Positions 1 through 8,896 of a stretch of DNA of 32,000 nucleotides are shown piece after piece (positions within the stretch are counted from its first letter, which is position 1; each line of letters starts with the position of its first letter). A program made the position numbers and the translations under genes. This stretch comes from Nitrosopumilaceae archaeon (GTDB lineage: Archaea > Thermoproteota > Nitrososphaeria > Nitrososphaerales > Nitrosopumilaceae). The notes below the pieces were generated by a model. The model was given only the letters and a program-made list of their open reading frames with translations. It had not been told where the DNA came from and searched no databases. The stretch is from contig DASQHX010000009.1 of NCBI GenBank assembly GCA_035631875.1, positions 445,185 to 477,184 on the forward strand, given 5' to 3'.

Positions 1-635
1 ACCCGGACAAGATGAACTTTGGACCTTTACGAGTCTTCAATGATGATATAATACAACCAGGAACAGGATTTGACTTTCATTTACACAGGGATATGGAGAT
101 CATAACCTACGTCATAGAAGGTGAGCTAGAGCATAAAGACAATCAGGGAAATCATGGAGTGATATATCCTGGAGAGGTTCAAAGAATGACAGCTGGCTCT
201 GGAATAATGCACTCAGAATTCAACCATTCCAAGGAAAAACCACTCAGACTATTGCAAATGTGGGTTTTTACAAATAAAAGGGGACTAGTACCATCATGGG
301 AACAGAAAAAGTTTTCAAAAGAAGAAAGAACAAACAAGCTGGTACCAGTAGTTGTAGCTGAAAATACCAAGGATGCAAATGCATTAAACATTCATCAGGA
401 TGCTGCCTTTTACCTTTCAACCTTGACTGCTGGAAATCATGTAGAACACAAGCTAAGTGCTGGACGCAAATCATACTTGTTTGTAATTGATGGAGAGATT
501 AAACTCAATAATAATTTGATGCAAACAAGAGATGCAGCTATGATAGAGAATGAAAATAATCTGGTAATCAAGGCAGAAAAACCAACAGAATTAATTCTAA
601 TTGATCTACCAGAAAAATACGCCATTAATAATTGA
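1..635 (+). CDS. Pirin-family (bicupin) protein, 5' end cut by the window edge
   Basis: The frame of ORF 12..635 stays open back to base 3 (ccg gac aag atg), so the true start is upstream. GPLRVFNDD..PGTGFDFHLHRDMEIITYVIEGELEHKDNQGNHGVIYPGEVQRMTAGSGIMHSEFN matches the pirin N-terminal cupin H-x-H...H...E metal-site pattern as I recall it. Confidence 0.85.
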   Translation, partial: PDKMNFGPLRVFNDDIIQPGTGFDFHLHRDMEIITYVIEGELEHKDNQGNHGVIYPGEVQRMTAGSGIMHSEFNHSKEKPLRLLQMWVFTNKRGLVPSWEQKKFSKEERTNKLVPVVVAENTKDANALNIHQDAAFYLSTLTAGNHVEHKLSAGRKSYLFVIDGEIKLNNNLMQTRDAAMIENENNLVIKAEKPTELILIDLPEKYAINN

Positions 636-673
636 AAACTCTGAAATTATAGTCCAAAATAATGACTGGGTCT

Positions 674-692
674 TTATCAAAAGTTTTGATAA
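674..692. terminator. Perfect 19-bp palindrome (TTATCAAAA-G-TTTTGATAA) between convergent genes; possible bidirectional terminator or binding site
   Basis: Read directly: 9-nt arms are exact reverse complements around one central base. It lies in the 91-bp gap between the pirin stop (635) and the stop of the minus-strand gene at 727. Confidence 0.3.
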
Positions 693-726
693 ATATTAGA
701 TTTAGAAAAAATGAGGTGGAAAGATA

Positions 727-1026
727 CTACTTTCCCGATTCAGTACTGTCTTTTTGTTCTCCGTCACCGTCTCCGTTTGGTCCTGGTGCTGCACTTGCAC
801 TGTTATGATCGTCGTTAGTTTCTCCATCTTTCTGGTTGTCTGCGCCATTATTGGCAGTCTGTATTTCGTTTGGACCGTCTTGTGGGTCGACTGTTGTTGG
901 TGTAGTTGATGTGGTTGGTTGTGCAAATACATTATTTGTTATCCCAAATCCAATGGCTATTACTGCAACTGCTATCAGCGGAATTGCCAAGAACATTTTC
1001 TGGTTTTTCATGTTGTTTCGTTTCAC
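727..1026 (-). CDS. Small secreted acidic low-complexity protein (hypothetical)
   Basis: N-terminal basic stretch and hydrophobic helix ending VFA-QP (signal-peptide-like), then T/P/D/G/N-rich sequence. The overlapping alternative-frame ORFs look like shadows. No recognisable domain. Confidence 0.55.
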   Translation of the reverse strand: MKRNNMKNQKMFLAIPLIAVAVIAIGFGITNNVFAQPTTSTTPTTVDPQDGPNEIQTANNGADNQKDGETNDDHNSASAAPGPNGDGDGEQKDSTESGK

Positions 1027-1169
1027 CTCTTAAAAACATGATAATGGTTTTTTGTATATTATACTTGAGGGGCACTAGGCTAAATGAGATCAAAAAATTT
1101 GCTTGAGAATACAACCATTATGATATTGACATTAGATGATTGCACCAATAGTATGATTAACCTTTATGA

Positions 1170-1766
1170 GTGAATCCTTTTGGTGGAAAAGAAGGAGAAA
1201 GTAGATTGCGAAATGCAAGAGATAATGATGAAGAGACTTCAGAAAACAGACAACACATTTATGAATTCATTAAAAAAAATCCAGGGGCTCATCTTAGGAT
1301 GATTTGCCGAGAACTAGAATTAGCGATGGGCGCTACCCAACATCATCTTGCTATACTGGAAAAATCGAGTAGGATAAAATCAAAGAGGATTAATTTGCAT
1401 CGACATTATTACGCATCTGACGTACTAGATGTGCAACATACACTACTTGCATTTTTGAGACAGGAAACAGCTAAAGATATCCTGATGTACTTGATAGAAC
1501 ACCCAAGTTCAACACAAACAGACATTGCAAATTTCAAGAATTTTTCACTCCCAACCATAAGCTGGCACATGTCAAGACTCGTAGAATCTGGTATTGTTTC
1601 GTCAAGAAGAGACGGTAAAATTATCAAATATGATGTAATAGATGTTAAGAGCGTGGCTGCATTAGTAAAGATCTATCATCCAAACATTTGGGACAAGCTC
1701 TCCAACAGTCTTGCAGAAATGTTCTTGGAGCTTGCCTCTAGGACAGAGGAGAAGGACAAGAAATGA
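1170..1766 (+). CDS. ArsR/MarR-like transcriptional regulator with two winged-helix domains
   Basis: Two wHTH-like segments: IYEFIKKNPGAHLRMICRELELAMGATQHHLAILEKSSRI and ILMYLIEHPSSTQTDIANFKNFSLPTISWHMSRLVESGIVSSRRDGKIIKY. GTG start at 1170, with no in-frame ATG before the first HTH. 4-nt overlap (ATGA) with the next gene. Confidence 0.75.
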   Translation: MNPFGGKEGESRLRNARDNDEETSENRQHIYEFIKKNPGAHLRMICRELELAMGATQHHLAILEKSSRIKSKRINLHRHYYASDVLDVQHTLLAFLRQETAKDILMYLIEHPSSTQTDIANFKNFSLPTISWHMSRLVESGIVSSRRDGKIIKYDVIDVKSVAALVKIYHPNIWDKLSNSLAEMFLELASRTEEKDKK

Positions 1767-2095
1767 TGTTAGGAAATATTCTGTTAATGTTCAATAGTAT
1801 ATCTGAAGGAGGAGAACAGCCTATTCTTCCAGCATCATTAGATTTTGCAAGTGGAATATTTGCAGCCTTTTTGCTAGCTCTATCACTACTGGCATACAAG
1901 CGTACTAAGATGAAAAGGCTACTTTTTGTCTCTGCAGCCTTTGGGCTTTTTGCGTTTAGGGCAATAATTCCTAGATTGGATCTGTTTCTTCCAGACTTGG
2001 ATTTATCTGCAAGTATTGAAACCATATTATCAATAACTGGATTTGTAATATTGGGACTTTTCTTTTTGGCAATAGTAAAAAAACAAAAATCATAA
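1763..2095 (+). CDS. Small integral membrane protein (about 3 TM), hypothetical
   Basis: Three hydrophobic helices (GIFAAFLLALSLLAY, LLFVSAAFGLFAF, ITGFVILGLFFLAIV). Start overlaps the stop of the regulator, suggesting translational coupling. The antisense ORF 1738..2112 is rejected. Confidence 0.6.
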   Translation: MMLGNILLMFNSISEGGEQPILPASLDFASGIFAAFLLALSLLAYKRTKMKRLLFVSAAFGLFAFRAIIPRLDLFLPDLDLSASIETILSITGFVILGLFFLAIVKKQKS

Positions 2096-2216
2096 AGAAA
2101 AAAATCTTCCAATATGATTATCTGAATTAATTCTTGAGATAAGAAAAATGATCTTAATTAGACAACTGTACCTCAAATATAATATACAAAATTATTCTTC
2201 TTTTAGATGAACTCAG

Positions 2217-2531
2217 ATGTTTAATGTATTCAGACAAAAAACAAACCCATCAAAACAATATCGTTCAGAAATGGGTATCATTGCAGACATTTTAGGCGTA
2301 GCTATGGATTGTGGTGCACAAGGCGCAATAATATCTTCTATAGCTAGAAGAGCAAATCTCTCACACTATGCAGTGCTAGACAAATGTAAGAAGCTAATAG
2401 ATGCAGGACTAATAAAATCAACTAAGGATAATAGAAATCATATTTTTATCATTACAGAAAAAGGCATCAAATTCTTTCAAGAATTTCAGGAATTTCAAAT
2501 TTTGGTCCAGTCAGTAAATCTAAGGTATTGA
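2217..2531 (+). CDS. Small winged-helix DNA-binding protein (HTH_45-like as I recall the family), paralog of 19816..20139
   Basis: 104 aa. YRSEMGIIADILGV...ISSIARRANLSHYAVLDKCKKLIDAGLI...ITEKGIKFFQEF has wHTH character. About 69 of 93 aligned residues are identical to the ORF at 19816 (counted by eye). TATA-like aaatataatatac lies about 35 nt upstream. Confidence 0.75.
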   Translation: MFNVFRQKTNPSKQYRSEMGIIADILGVAMDCGAQGAIISSIARRANLSHYAVLDKCKKLIDAGLIKSTKDNRNHIFIITEKGIKFFQEFQEFQILVQSVNLRY

Positions 2532-2610
2532 AGAAATAGAGTTTTAGCTGATTGCACCTGATATGATATATATCAAAATATACGACATTAATTAGGAATC
2601 ATTTTCAAAC

Positions 2611-4428
2611 ATGCTAAAAAAACCATTTTCATTTTTCATTTTGATAATACTTGGTATTTCAGGTGTCATAGCTTGTACTACGCCATATCTGATATCTCAC
2701 ACCACAATAGGGCTAGAATTCAAAGGTGGTTATGAAATACTCTATACAGCAGAATCACTTCAATCTGGAAAACCTGTTGACAAGGATGCCTTGTTATCAA
2801 CAGCTAATATCTTGGCTGCACGTGCAAACTCGCTTGGAGTTTCTGAACCTCAAGTAAGCATAGAAGGAGATCATGAGATAAGAGTAGACCTTGCTGGCGT
2901 ATCAAGTAATGCACAGGTCAGATCAATAATGGATGCTCAAAACAATTTACCACTAAAATTAACAGAAAAATATTCCGAGACAGTTGGTGGTGTACTAGGT
3001 AAATCAGATCTACAAGCTACATTTTGGGCTGGCATAATTGCATTAAGTATCGTTTTGTCGTTTATGATAATATTTTACCGTGGTGTCGGATTATTAGCCA
3101 GCTTTACTGTAGTGACATATTTGTGGCTCCTTCTTCTTGCCTTTAACGTATTTCACGGAGTCTTATCTCTTGCAGCAGTAGTTACTTTTGTTCTTGGAAT
3201 GGGAATAGCTGTAGATGCAAATATCATTGCTTACGAAAGAATCAAAGAAGAACTCAGAAAAGGCAAATCAATTGCTGATGCACTCAAAGAAGGCGAACAT
3301 AACGCATTTCATATTATCATGCACGCTAACATTACAACTGCTATTGCTGCCATAGTGCTTTTCTTTGCAGGTATAGGACCAATCAAAGGATTTGCGTTTA
3401 CTCTAATACTTAGTATCATAGTCAGCATAGTAAGCAATGTCTTTCTTTCTAGACTACTGCTTAACCTGCTAGTCAGAAGCAATGCAGTAAAGAAACCATC
3501 ATTTTTTGGTATGAGGATAAAGCAATCTTCTGAATCACTAAAACACTTTAGCTTTGTAAAACATCGTTACAAGTTTTTTGTAATTTCTGCTGTTATTGGT
3601 GCAATAGGTGCGTTTATGCTATTTACAACGGAATTAAACTATGATATTGATTTTAAGGCTGGAACTGCACTTGACATTACACTAGACAAATCAATCACAC
3701 AAGATGATGCAACAAATATCATGGGAAATGCAGGAGTTCCACCAGCTACTGTAGCAATTGGAGGTCAAAACAATAATCAGATTGCAGCTAGATTTGATAA
3801 TGTCCTAAAGTCAGACGATGTAAATAGTATCATTAGTGCCTTCAAAGATAATTATACAAAAAATGTTGTGTATGAAGAGAACACATATGATCCAGCTGTA
3901 GCACAAGATTTAGAAACAAAAGCAGTTTACGTTATACTTACTGCCATTGCTGCAATTGTAGTGTTTGTTGCAATAAGATTCTCGTGGAGATTTTCTATTG
4001 CAAGTGCAGTTTCTGTACTAAACTCAGCATTCTTTGTCTTGGCCATGTTTGTCATATTCAAGTTGGAAATTGATGTCACCTTTATCGCTGCAATACTGAC
4101 AGTAATAGGATTTGCAACATACAACACAATTGTAATCTTTGATAGGATCCGTGAAAACCTCAAGCTCCATACCATAAAGAATCACGAAGAACTACACACA
4201 GTTGTTAATCAAAGTATTTGGCAAATGATGACAAGATCAATTAATACTGTCATCACTGTTGTAATTGCTGCTGTTTGCGTGTACTTGTTTGGTGCAGAAC
4301 CTTTGCATAATTTTGCACTAGCGATACTTTTTGGCCTGATCTGCGGCACCTATTCCTCTATTTGTATTGGTACTCCAATATACTTCATGTTAACGAAAAG
4401 ATCATTGAAAGTGGAAGAAAACCCATGA
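2611..4428 (+). CDS. secDF: Protein-export membrane protein SecDF (fused SecD and SecF)
   Basis: 605 aa. It has an N-terminal TM, a short extracytoplasmic domain, a 5-TM block with GMGIAVDANIIAYERIKEE, a second extracytoplasmic domain, and a second 5-TM block with TIVIFDRIRENL. This is the duplicated SecD/SecF RND-like pattern. Confidence 0.9.
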   Translation: MLKKPFSFFILIILGISGVIACTTPYLISHTTIGLEFKGGYEILYTAESLQSGKPVDKDALLSTANILAARANSLGVSEPQVSIEGDHEIRVDLAGVSSNAQVRSIMDAQNNLPLKLTEKYSETVGGVLGKSDLQATFWAGIIALSIVLSFMIIFYRGVGLLASFTVVTYLWLLLLAFNVFHGVLSLAAVVTFVLGMGIAVDANIIAYERIKEELRKGKSIADALKEGEHNAFHIIMHANITTAIAAIVLFFAGIGPIKGFAFTLILSIIVSIVSNVFLSRLLLNLLVRSNAVKKPSFFGMRIKQSSESLKHFSFVKHRYKFFVISAVIGAIGAFMLFTTELNYDIDFKAGTALDITLDKSITQDDATNIMGNAGVPPATVAIGGQNNNQIAARFDNVLKSDDVNSIISAFKDNYTKNVVYEENTYDPAVAQDLETKAVYVILTAIAAIVVFVAIRFSWRFSIASAVSVLNSAFFVLAMFVIFKLEIDVTFIAAILTVIGFATYNTIVIFDRIRENLKLHTIKNHEELHTVVNQSIWQMMTRSINTVITVVIAAVCVYLFGAEPLHNFALAILFGLICGTYSSICIGTPIYFMLTKRSLKVEENP

Positions 4429-4431
4429 TTA

Positions 4432-5151
4432 TTATTTTGATACAATTGAGAGAAGCTCAGGCAACGCCTTTGCAGAAGTTGATCTAATAGAAAGATCCAT
4501 GCTTTGAGACATTGGAGTTTCTTCTGGATTTACTTCAACCATAACAGCTCCATTTTGTTTTGCATATACAGGTAACATATTTGCAGGAGATACTGCAAGT
4601 GATGTCCCTACTACAAACATCACATCACAAGAGCTTGCTTGCTCCATGGCCTCACCCCAAATGTCTTGTGGGAGTGGTTCTCCAAACCAGACCACATCAG
4701 GTCTTAAAATGTTATTACATTTACAGATAGGCGGAAGCTCTGAGAAACTTTCTGCTATTTTTTCTTTAAAATCACAGACAGTGCACTTTATTGTAACAAT
4801 GCTTCCATGTAACTCATAAACTTGACTGCTTCCTGCTCTTTGGTGTAATCCGTCAATATTTTGAGTCAGGACACGAACCTGCTTGATTTTTTCTAAATCT
4901 GCTATGGTATGATGACCTGCATTTGGCTTTGCAGCAAGTATGTTCTTTCTTCGCTCTTCATACCATTCCCATACCAATTTTGGGTTTTCATAAAATGCGT
5001 CTATTGTGGCAAGCTGCATGGCATCATATTTTCTCCACAAACCATCTTTTCCTCTAAAAGTGGGAATGCCGCTTTCTTGTGATATCCCCGCACCAGTGAC
5101 AAAAACAATTTTTTCTGCGTCAAGTAATTTGTCAGCTATTGATTCAAACAT
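4432..5151 (-). CDS. cobB: NAD-dependent protein deacylase, Sir2/CobB family
   Basis: GAGISQESGIPTFRG, TQNIDGLHQRAG and ELHGS motifs, plus a Zn ribbon CTVC...CKC. 239 aa, compact sirtuin size. Confidence 0.9.
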   Translation of the reverse strand: MFESIADKLLDAEKIVFVTGAGISQESGIPTFRGKDGLWRKYDAMQLATIDAFYENPKLVWEWYEERRKNILAAKPNAGHHTIADLEKIKQVRVLTQNIDGLHQRAGSSQVYELHGSIVTIKCTVCDFKEKIAESFSELPPICKCNNILRPDVVWFGEPLPQDIWGEAMEQASSCDVMFVVGTSLAVSPANMLPVYAKQNGAVMVEVNPEETPMSQSMDLSIRSTSAKALPELLSIVSK

Positions 5152-5152
5152 T

Positions 5153-6052
5153 TCATTTGATTTCTATTTCTAAAAGATCCTTTGCTGCTATTACGGAATC
5201 ATGAATGGTTTGTGCCTCTTTTACCAAAATCTCTGCATCATCATATCTTGCAGAAAAGTGAGTCAGAATAAGGTTTGAGACGTTTGCCTTTTTTGCCAAT
5301 TCTGCAGCCTCTTTTGCTGTAGAGTGGAAGTTTTCTTTTGCCTTTTCTTTTAGCTCATCTGAATATGTAGAATCAAATGTGATGTAATCGCAATTTTTAA
5401 AAAACTCTACTAGTTTTTTTGTTGGCCTTGTATCCCCTGATATTCCGATTTTTTTACCTGGTCTTTTCTCACCCATAACTTCAGGTGGCTTGATTGTTTT
5501 GTTTCCTAGATTGATTTCTTTGCCACTTTGAAGCTCATGCCAGAGCTTGCCTTCTGGAATTCCTAACGCCTTTGCTTTCTCAAGATAAAACTTGCCAGGC
5601 TTGTCCTTTTCATGAAACAAATACGAATATGCAGGAATGGAGTGCTCTGCCTCACAGCAATGTATAGTATATGATTCATCATCAAGGACCAGTCCTTCTT
5701 CTATCATCATTATCCTAACAGGAAATGTGAGACCAAAGTTTAGCACTTTGAGATTTGCTGCCATAAAATCCTCTATCCCCTTTGGACCGTAGATGTCAAT
5801 TGATTCAGTTCTGTTTTGCAAAGACATTGTTTGCAATAATCCTAGTATGCCAACAACATGATCGCCATGCAAGTGTGTCACAAAGATCTTCATCTTTTTG
5901 TTCCAGCCGATCTTTGATTTTAGAAAAGATACCTGTGCGCCTTCACCTGCATCAAACATCAGGATCTCCTTGTCCAAGACTAGACAGATGCATGTCATGC
6001 CTCGATTTTCTGTTGGCATTGCTGCCGATGTTCCCAAAAATACTAGCTTCAT
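5153..6052 (-). CDS. rnz: Ribonuclease Z (tRNA 3' endonuclease), metallo-beta-lactamase fold
   Basis: MKLVFLGTSAAMPT N-terminus, HLHGDH motif, C-terminal LTHFSARY. About 300 aa, typical of short-form RNase Z. Confidence 0.9.
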   Translation of the reverse strand: MKLVFLGTSAAMPTENRGMTCICLVLDKEILMFDAGEGAQVSFLKSKIGWNKKMKIFVTHLHGDHVVGILGLLQTMSLQNRTESIDIYGPKGIEDFMAANLKVLNFGLTFPVRIMMIEEGLVLDDESYTIHCCEAEHSIPAYSYLFHEKDKPGKFYLEKAKALGIPEGKLWHELQSGKEINLGNKTIKPPEVMGEKRPGKKIGISGDTRPTKKLVEFFKNCDYITFDSTYSDELKEKAKENFHSTAKEAAELAKKANVSNLILTHFSARYDDAEILVKEAQTIHDSVIAAKDLLEIEIK

Positions 6053-6993
6053 TTTACTACTATGGTCCTAGTCAAACTCTTATGCCTATAGATATCATAT
6101 TTTTTTGCTGGGTTTAATTCTATCTGGTCTATAGCACCTTTTTTGTACATGATGGCAATCTTTTTTTTCTTTGGCAGTATAGAGACAAAATCATGTAAGA
6201 GTTTTTTTGGAGACTGGGATGATTTTGAGGAATTACCATATGGCAGATCAGTTACAATTCCATCTATCCTATCATTGATCTTTTGTAGATGTTCGTATCC
6301 TGCATTGATTATTTTCGAATTAAATCCATTTGAGGACAGATTCTTTTTTGCAATATTACACATTTTTTCATCAAAATCAATTCCAATGGAGTGTATCCCC
6401 ATTGACTCAGCTTCTAGTAGTATGGTTCCAGAACCACAAAAGGGATCACACAAGGTTTCCTTTTCATTTAACCCTGATAGATTCACCATAGCTCTGCTAA
6501 GCTTCCAGTGAAGCTCTGACGATGATTTTATTACTTTTTTTGGTCTTGGAGGCTCTGAAATCTTGGTAGTGTATCCGATATAGCTTTGCGAGTCTGTAAA
6601 AATAAGATAGACAGTTAGTGATGGATTTGATAAAGAGACCTTGGCTCCCGAAGTCTGTTTTATTGCAGCACCAGTTGTTTTTTCTATCTTGGAAAGGTCC
6701 AGCTTTTTTGATGTGAGATTAATTGCTCTACAGGCAAATGTTTCTGGCTTGTGCATAAGGGAGAGATCTGCCTCTGAGAACAAATCAGAAAATGTGCTTG
6801 CTATCTTTCCAGCAGTTCTCACAAATGTAGCTCTTTGAGATATTTTACTCCATGGAATGGTAGAGTTTGTTATTACTAGCCTAGAGTCTGTTTTGAATGA
6901 TGTCTTGGTATCATAGCTTTTTGATATTGCAATTACTTCATCTCTTGCAAGCTCGACATTTTCTCCAGAGACTACAAAGAAGCTTTGCGGCAT
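6049..6993 (-). CDS. THUMP-domain RNA (guanine-N2) methyltransferase, Trm11/Trm14-like
   Basis: The C-terminal half has the SAM motif DPFCGSGTILLEA and catalytic DLPYG. The N-terminal ~150 aa is compatible with a THUMP/ferredoxin-like domain. 4-nt overlap with rnz. Confidence 0.8.
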   Translation of the reverse strand: MPQSFFVVSGENVELARDEVIAISKSYDTKTSFKTDSRLVITNSTIPWSKISQRATFVRTAGKIASTFSDLFSEADLSLMHKPETFACRAINLTSKKLDLSKIEKTTGAAIKQTSGAKVSLSNPSLTVYLIFTDSQSYIGYTTKISEPPRPKKVIKSSSELHWKLSRAMVNLSGLNEKETLCDPFCGSGTILLEAESMGIHSIGIDFDEKMCNIAKKNLSSNGFNSKIINAGYEHLQKINDRIDGIVTDLPYGNSSKSSQSPKKLLHDFVSILPKKKKIAIMYKKGAIDQIELNPAKKYDIYRHKSLTRTIVVK

Positions 6994-7877
6994 TATACGA
7001 TTGCCTTTGCTATTATAGGAGAGACATCAACCAGTCCCGTCTTACCAGGAATTGTATTTGTGCTGACTATTTTTGAGACTCCAGCTTTTCTGATTCTCTT
7101 TTCTGCATCACCAATCAGCAATGCATGTGTGCAAGCTGCATAGATATTTCTGCACTTTTGCTTTTTTAGAAACTCTGCAGCCTTTACTATGCTTCCACCA
7201 GTGCTTATCATGTCATCAACTAGAATTATATCCCTTCCTTTGACTTGTTTTTGGTTTTTTGATCTGATTTCCACAACTCCAGTCTTTCTGTCACGATATT
7301 TCTTTAATGCGATAAATTTTACACCAAATTGGTTTGCAAAGTCTCTTGCTCTTGAAATTCCGCCAAGGTCTGGTGAAACCACAAGAGGACTTTTTAGATT
7401 TAATTTCTTGAAATATTTTACCAATTCTGGTATTGCAGAAACGTTTCTTGCAGGAATTTTAAAATGATTAAGAGCCATTTTACTGTGTATGTCCACTATA
7501 ATTATTTTGGTTGCTCCTGCTGCTTTTAGCATATTTGCAACAATTGACATAGTAACTACCTCTCCTGGCAGAAATTCCTTGTCCTGCCTTGCATATCCAA
7601 GATATGGAATTACAGCAATAACTTGAGACGAGTATTTTCTTGCCTTTGAGACAAGTGCAAGTGTTTGGATTAAGTTAGAATCAACTGGAGGATATGTTGA
7701 TTGTACTATTATGATTTTTCCGTTTGGTTTTCCAGAAATAGTAATTTTACTTTCACCATCTGGGAAAACTCGTAATTCTGATTTGAGATATCTTGCCTCT
7801 AGTTTTGTTGCTATCTTTTTAGCAAGGTCTTCGGAAGCTTTTCCGCCTATCACACTATAATTACTCAACAAACTCAT
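6993..7877 (-). CDS. prs: Ribose-phosphate pyrophosphokinase (PRPP synthetase)
   Basis: GYARQDK flexible-loop motif and the PRPP-binding loop ILVDDMISTGGS. 294 aa. Confidence 0.9.
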   Translation of the reverse strand: MSLLSNYSVIGGKASEDLAKKIATKLEARYLKSELRVFPDGESKITISGKPNGKIIIVQSTYPPVDSNLIQTLALVSKARKYSSQVIAVIPYLGYARQDKEFLPGEVVTMSIVANMLKAAGATKIIIVDIHSKMALNHFKIPARNVSAIPELVKYFKKLNLKSPLVVSPDLGGISRARDFANQFGVKFIALKKYRDRKTGVVEIRSKNQKQVKGRDIILVDDMISTGGSIVKAAEFLKKQKCRNIYAACTHALLIGDAEKRIRKAGVSKIVSTNTIPGKTGLVDVSPIIAKAIV

Positions 7878-7942
7878 TCGAGTTGCGCGTTATTCTTAAG
7901 TTTTGAGGAGATGTTTAAACAATACAATCACAAAATCAAATC

Positions 7943-8869
7943 ATGCCAAATAGAATAGTCTCCTTTTTCCCAAGCGCTACTGAGATACTTTACGAGCTTG
8001 GTGTTGGAGATGATATAGTTGGCGTAACACACGAATGCAACTATCCAGAGCAAGCAAAATCAAAACCACGCGTAATCCATTCCTCTTTTGATTCTAATAC
8101 TATGACAAGCCAAGAAATAGACAACAAAGTTGTAGACCTGATGCATTATGGAAAAGACATTTACATTTTAGATGAACAGACACTCAAAAAAGCAAACCCA
8201 AATCTAATAATTTCGCAAGGCATTTGCGAAGTATGCTCTCCTTATACAAAAGAAGTCAACAGAGCTGTTGCCATCTTACACAACAAACCCGAAGTCATAA
8301 TTTTAGACCCAAAAAATCTTGAGAACATTTTAGATAATATAATTACAATTGGAAACAAGGTAGGAAAAACAAAAGAGGCTGAAAAGCTAGTTCTAGAACT
8401 ACAAAAACGAATTCAATACGTAAATCGCAGATCAATTGAACTGCCAAAAAGAGTTCTCTGTATAGAATGGCTTGATCCACTCTTTACCGCAGGTCACTGG
8501 GTACCGCAAATGGTGGAAATGGCTTGTGGAATAAACGGTCTAGCTTCTGGCGGTGATCCGTCAAGACGCATGAAAATAGAAGAAGCAATAGCGTATGAGC
8601 CTGATCTAGTAGTTCTCATGCCATGCGGATTTGACATAAAAAGAACCATTCTAGAATACGAAAAGCTTGCTAACAATATACGATGGAAATCACTTGATGC
8701 TGTTAAAAACAACGAAGTCTATGCAGTAAACGCAAACGAGTACTTTAGCAAGCCAGGGCCAAGGACAGTAACAGGCCTTGAAATTTTAGCAAAGATCATA
8801 CATCCAAAAACATATGCAGATCTAAAAATACCAGATAATTCATTTCAAAAAATCAACACGAAAAATTAG
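7943..8869 (+). CDS. Class III periplasmic-binding-protein fold (BtuF/FhuD-like, cobalamin/siderophore type) lacking a signal peptide
   Basis: Starts directly with the conserved first strand and helix, RIVSFFPSATEILYELGVGDDIVGVT. There is no N-terminal hydrophobic leader or lipobox, and no ABC permease or ATPase in the window. Confidence 0.75.
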   Translation: MPNRIVSFFPSATEILYELGVGDDIVGVTHECNYPEQAKSKPRVIHSSFDSNTMTSQEIDNKVVDLMHYGKDIYILDEQTLKKANPNLIISQGICEVCSPYTKEVNRAVAILHNKPEVIILDPKNLENILDNIITIGNKVGKTKEAEKLVLELQKRIQYVNRRSIELPKRVLCIEWLDPLFTAGHWVPQMVEMACGINGLASGGDPSRRMKIEEAIAYEPDLVVLMPCGFDIKRTILEYEKLANNIRWKSLDAVKNNEVYAVNANEYFSKPGPRTVTGLEILAKIIHPKTYADLKIPDNSFQKINTKN

Positions 8870-8896
8870 ATATTAGGTTAAAAAGCTGATTATACC

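Noticed and set aside
1738-2112. The 124-aa minus-strand ORF opposite the small membrane protein gene.
   Set aside because: The plus-strand ORF is translationally coupled to the upstream regulator and has clean TM helices. The minus-frame product lacks any signal.
4432-5151. The Sir2 domain as part of an anti-phage defence system (Thoeris, DSR or SIR2-HerA type).
   Set aside because: This is a compact 239-aa sirtuin with intact NAD-binding motifs and a Zn ribbon. It is embedded in a housekeeping operon (prs, tRNA methyltransferase, RNase Z). No TIR, HerA, Argonaute or other partner gene is present.
5782-6511. Plus-strand ORFs of 111 aa and 122 aa overlapping rnz and the THUMP methyltransferase.
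   Set aside because: Both lie opposite genes with clear catalytic motifs, and their sequences are Cys/Phe/Ser-rich antisense artefacts.
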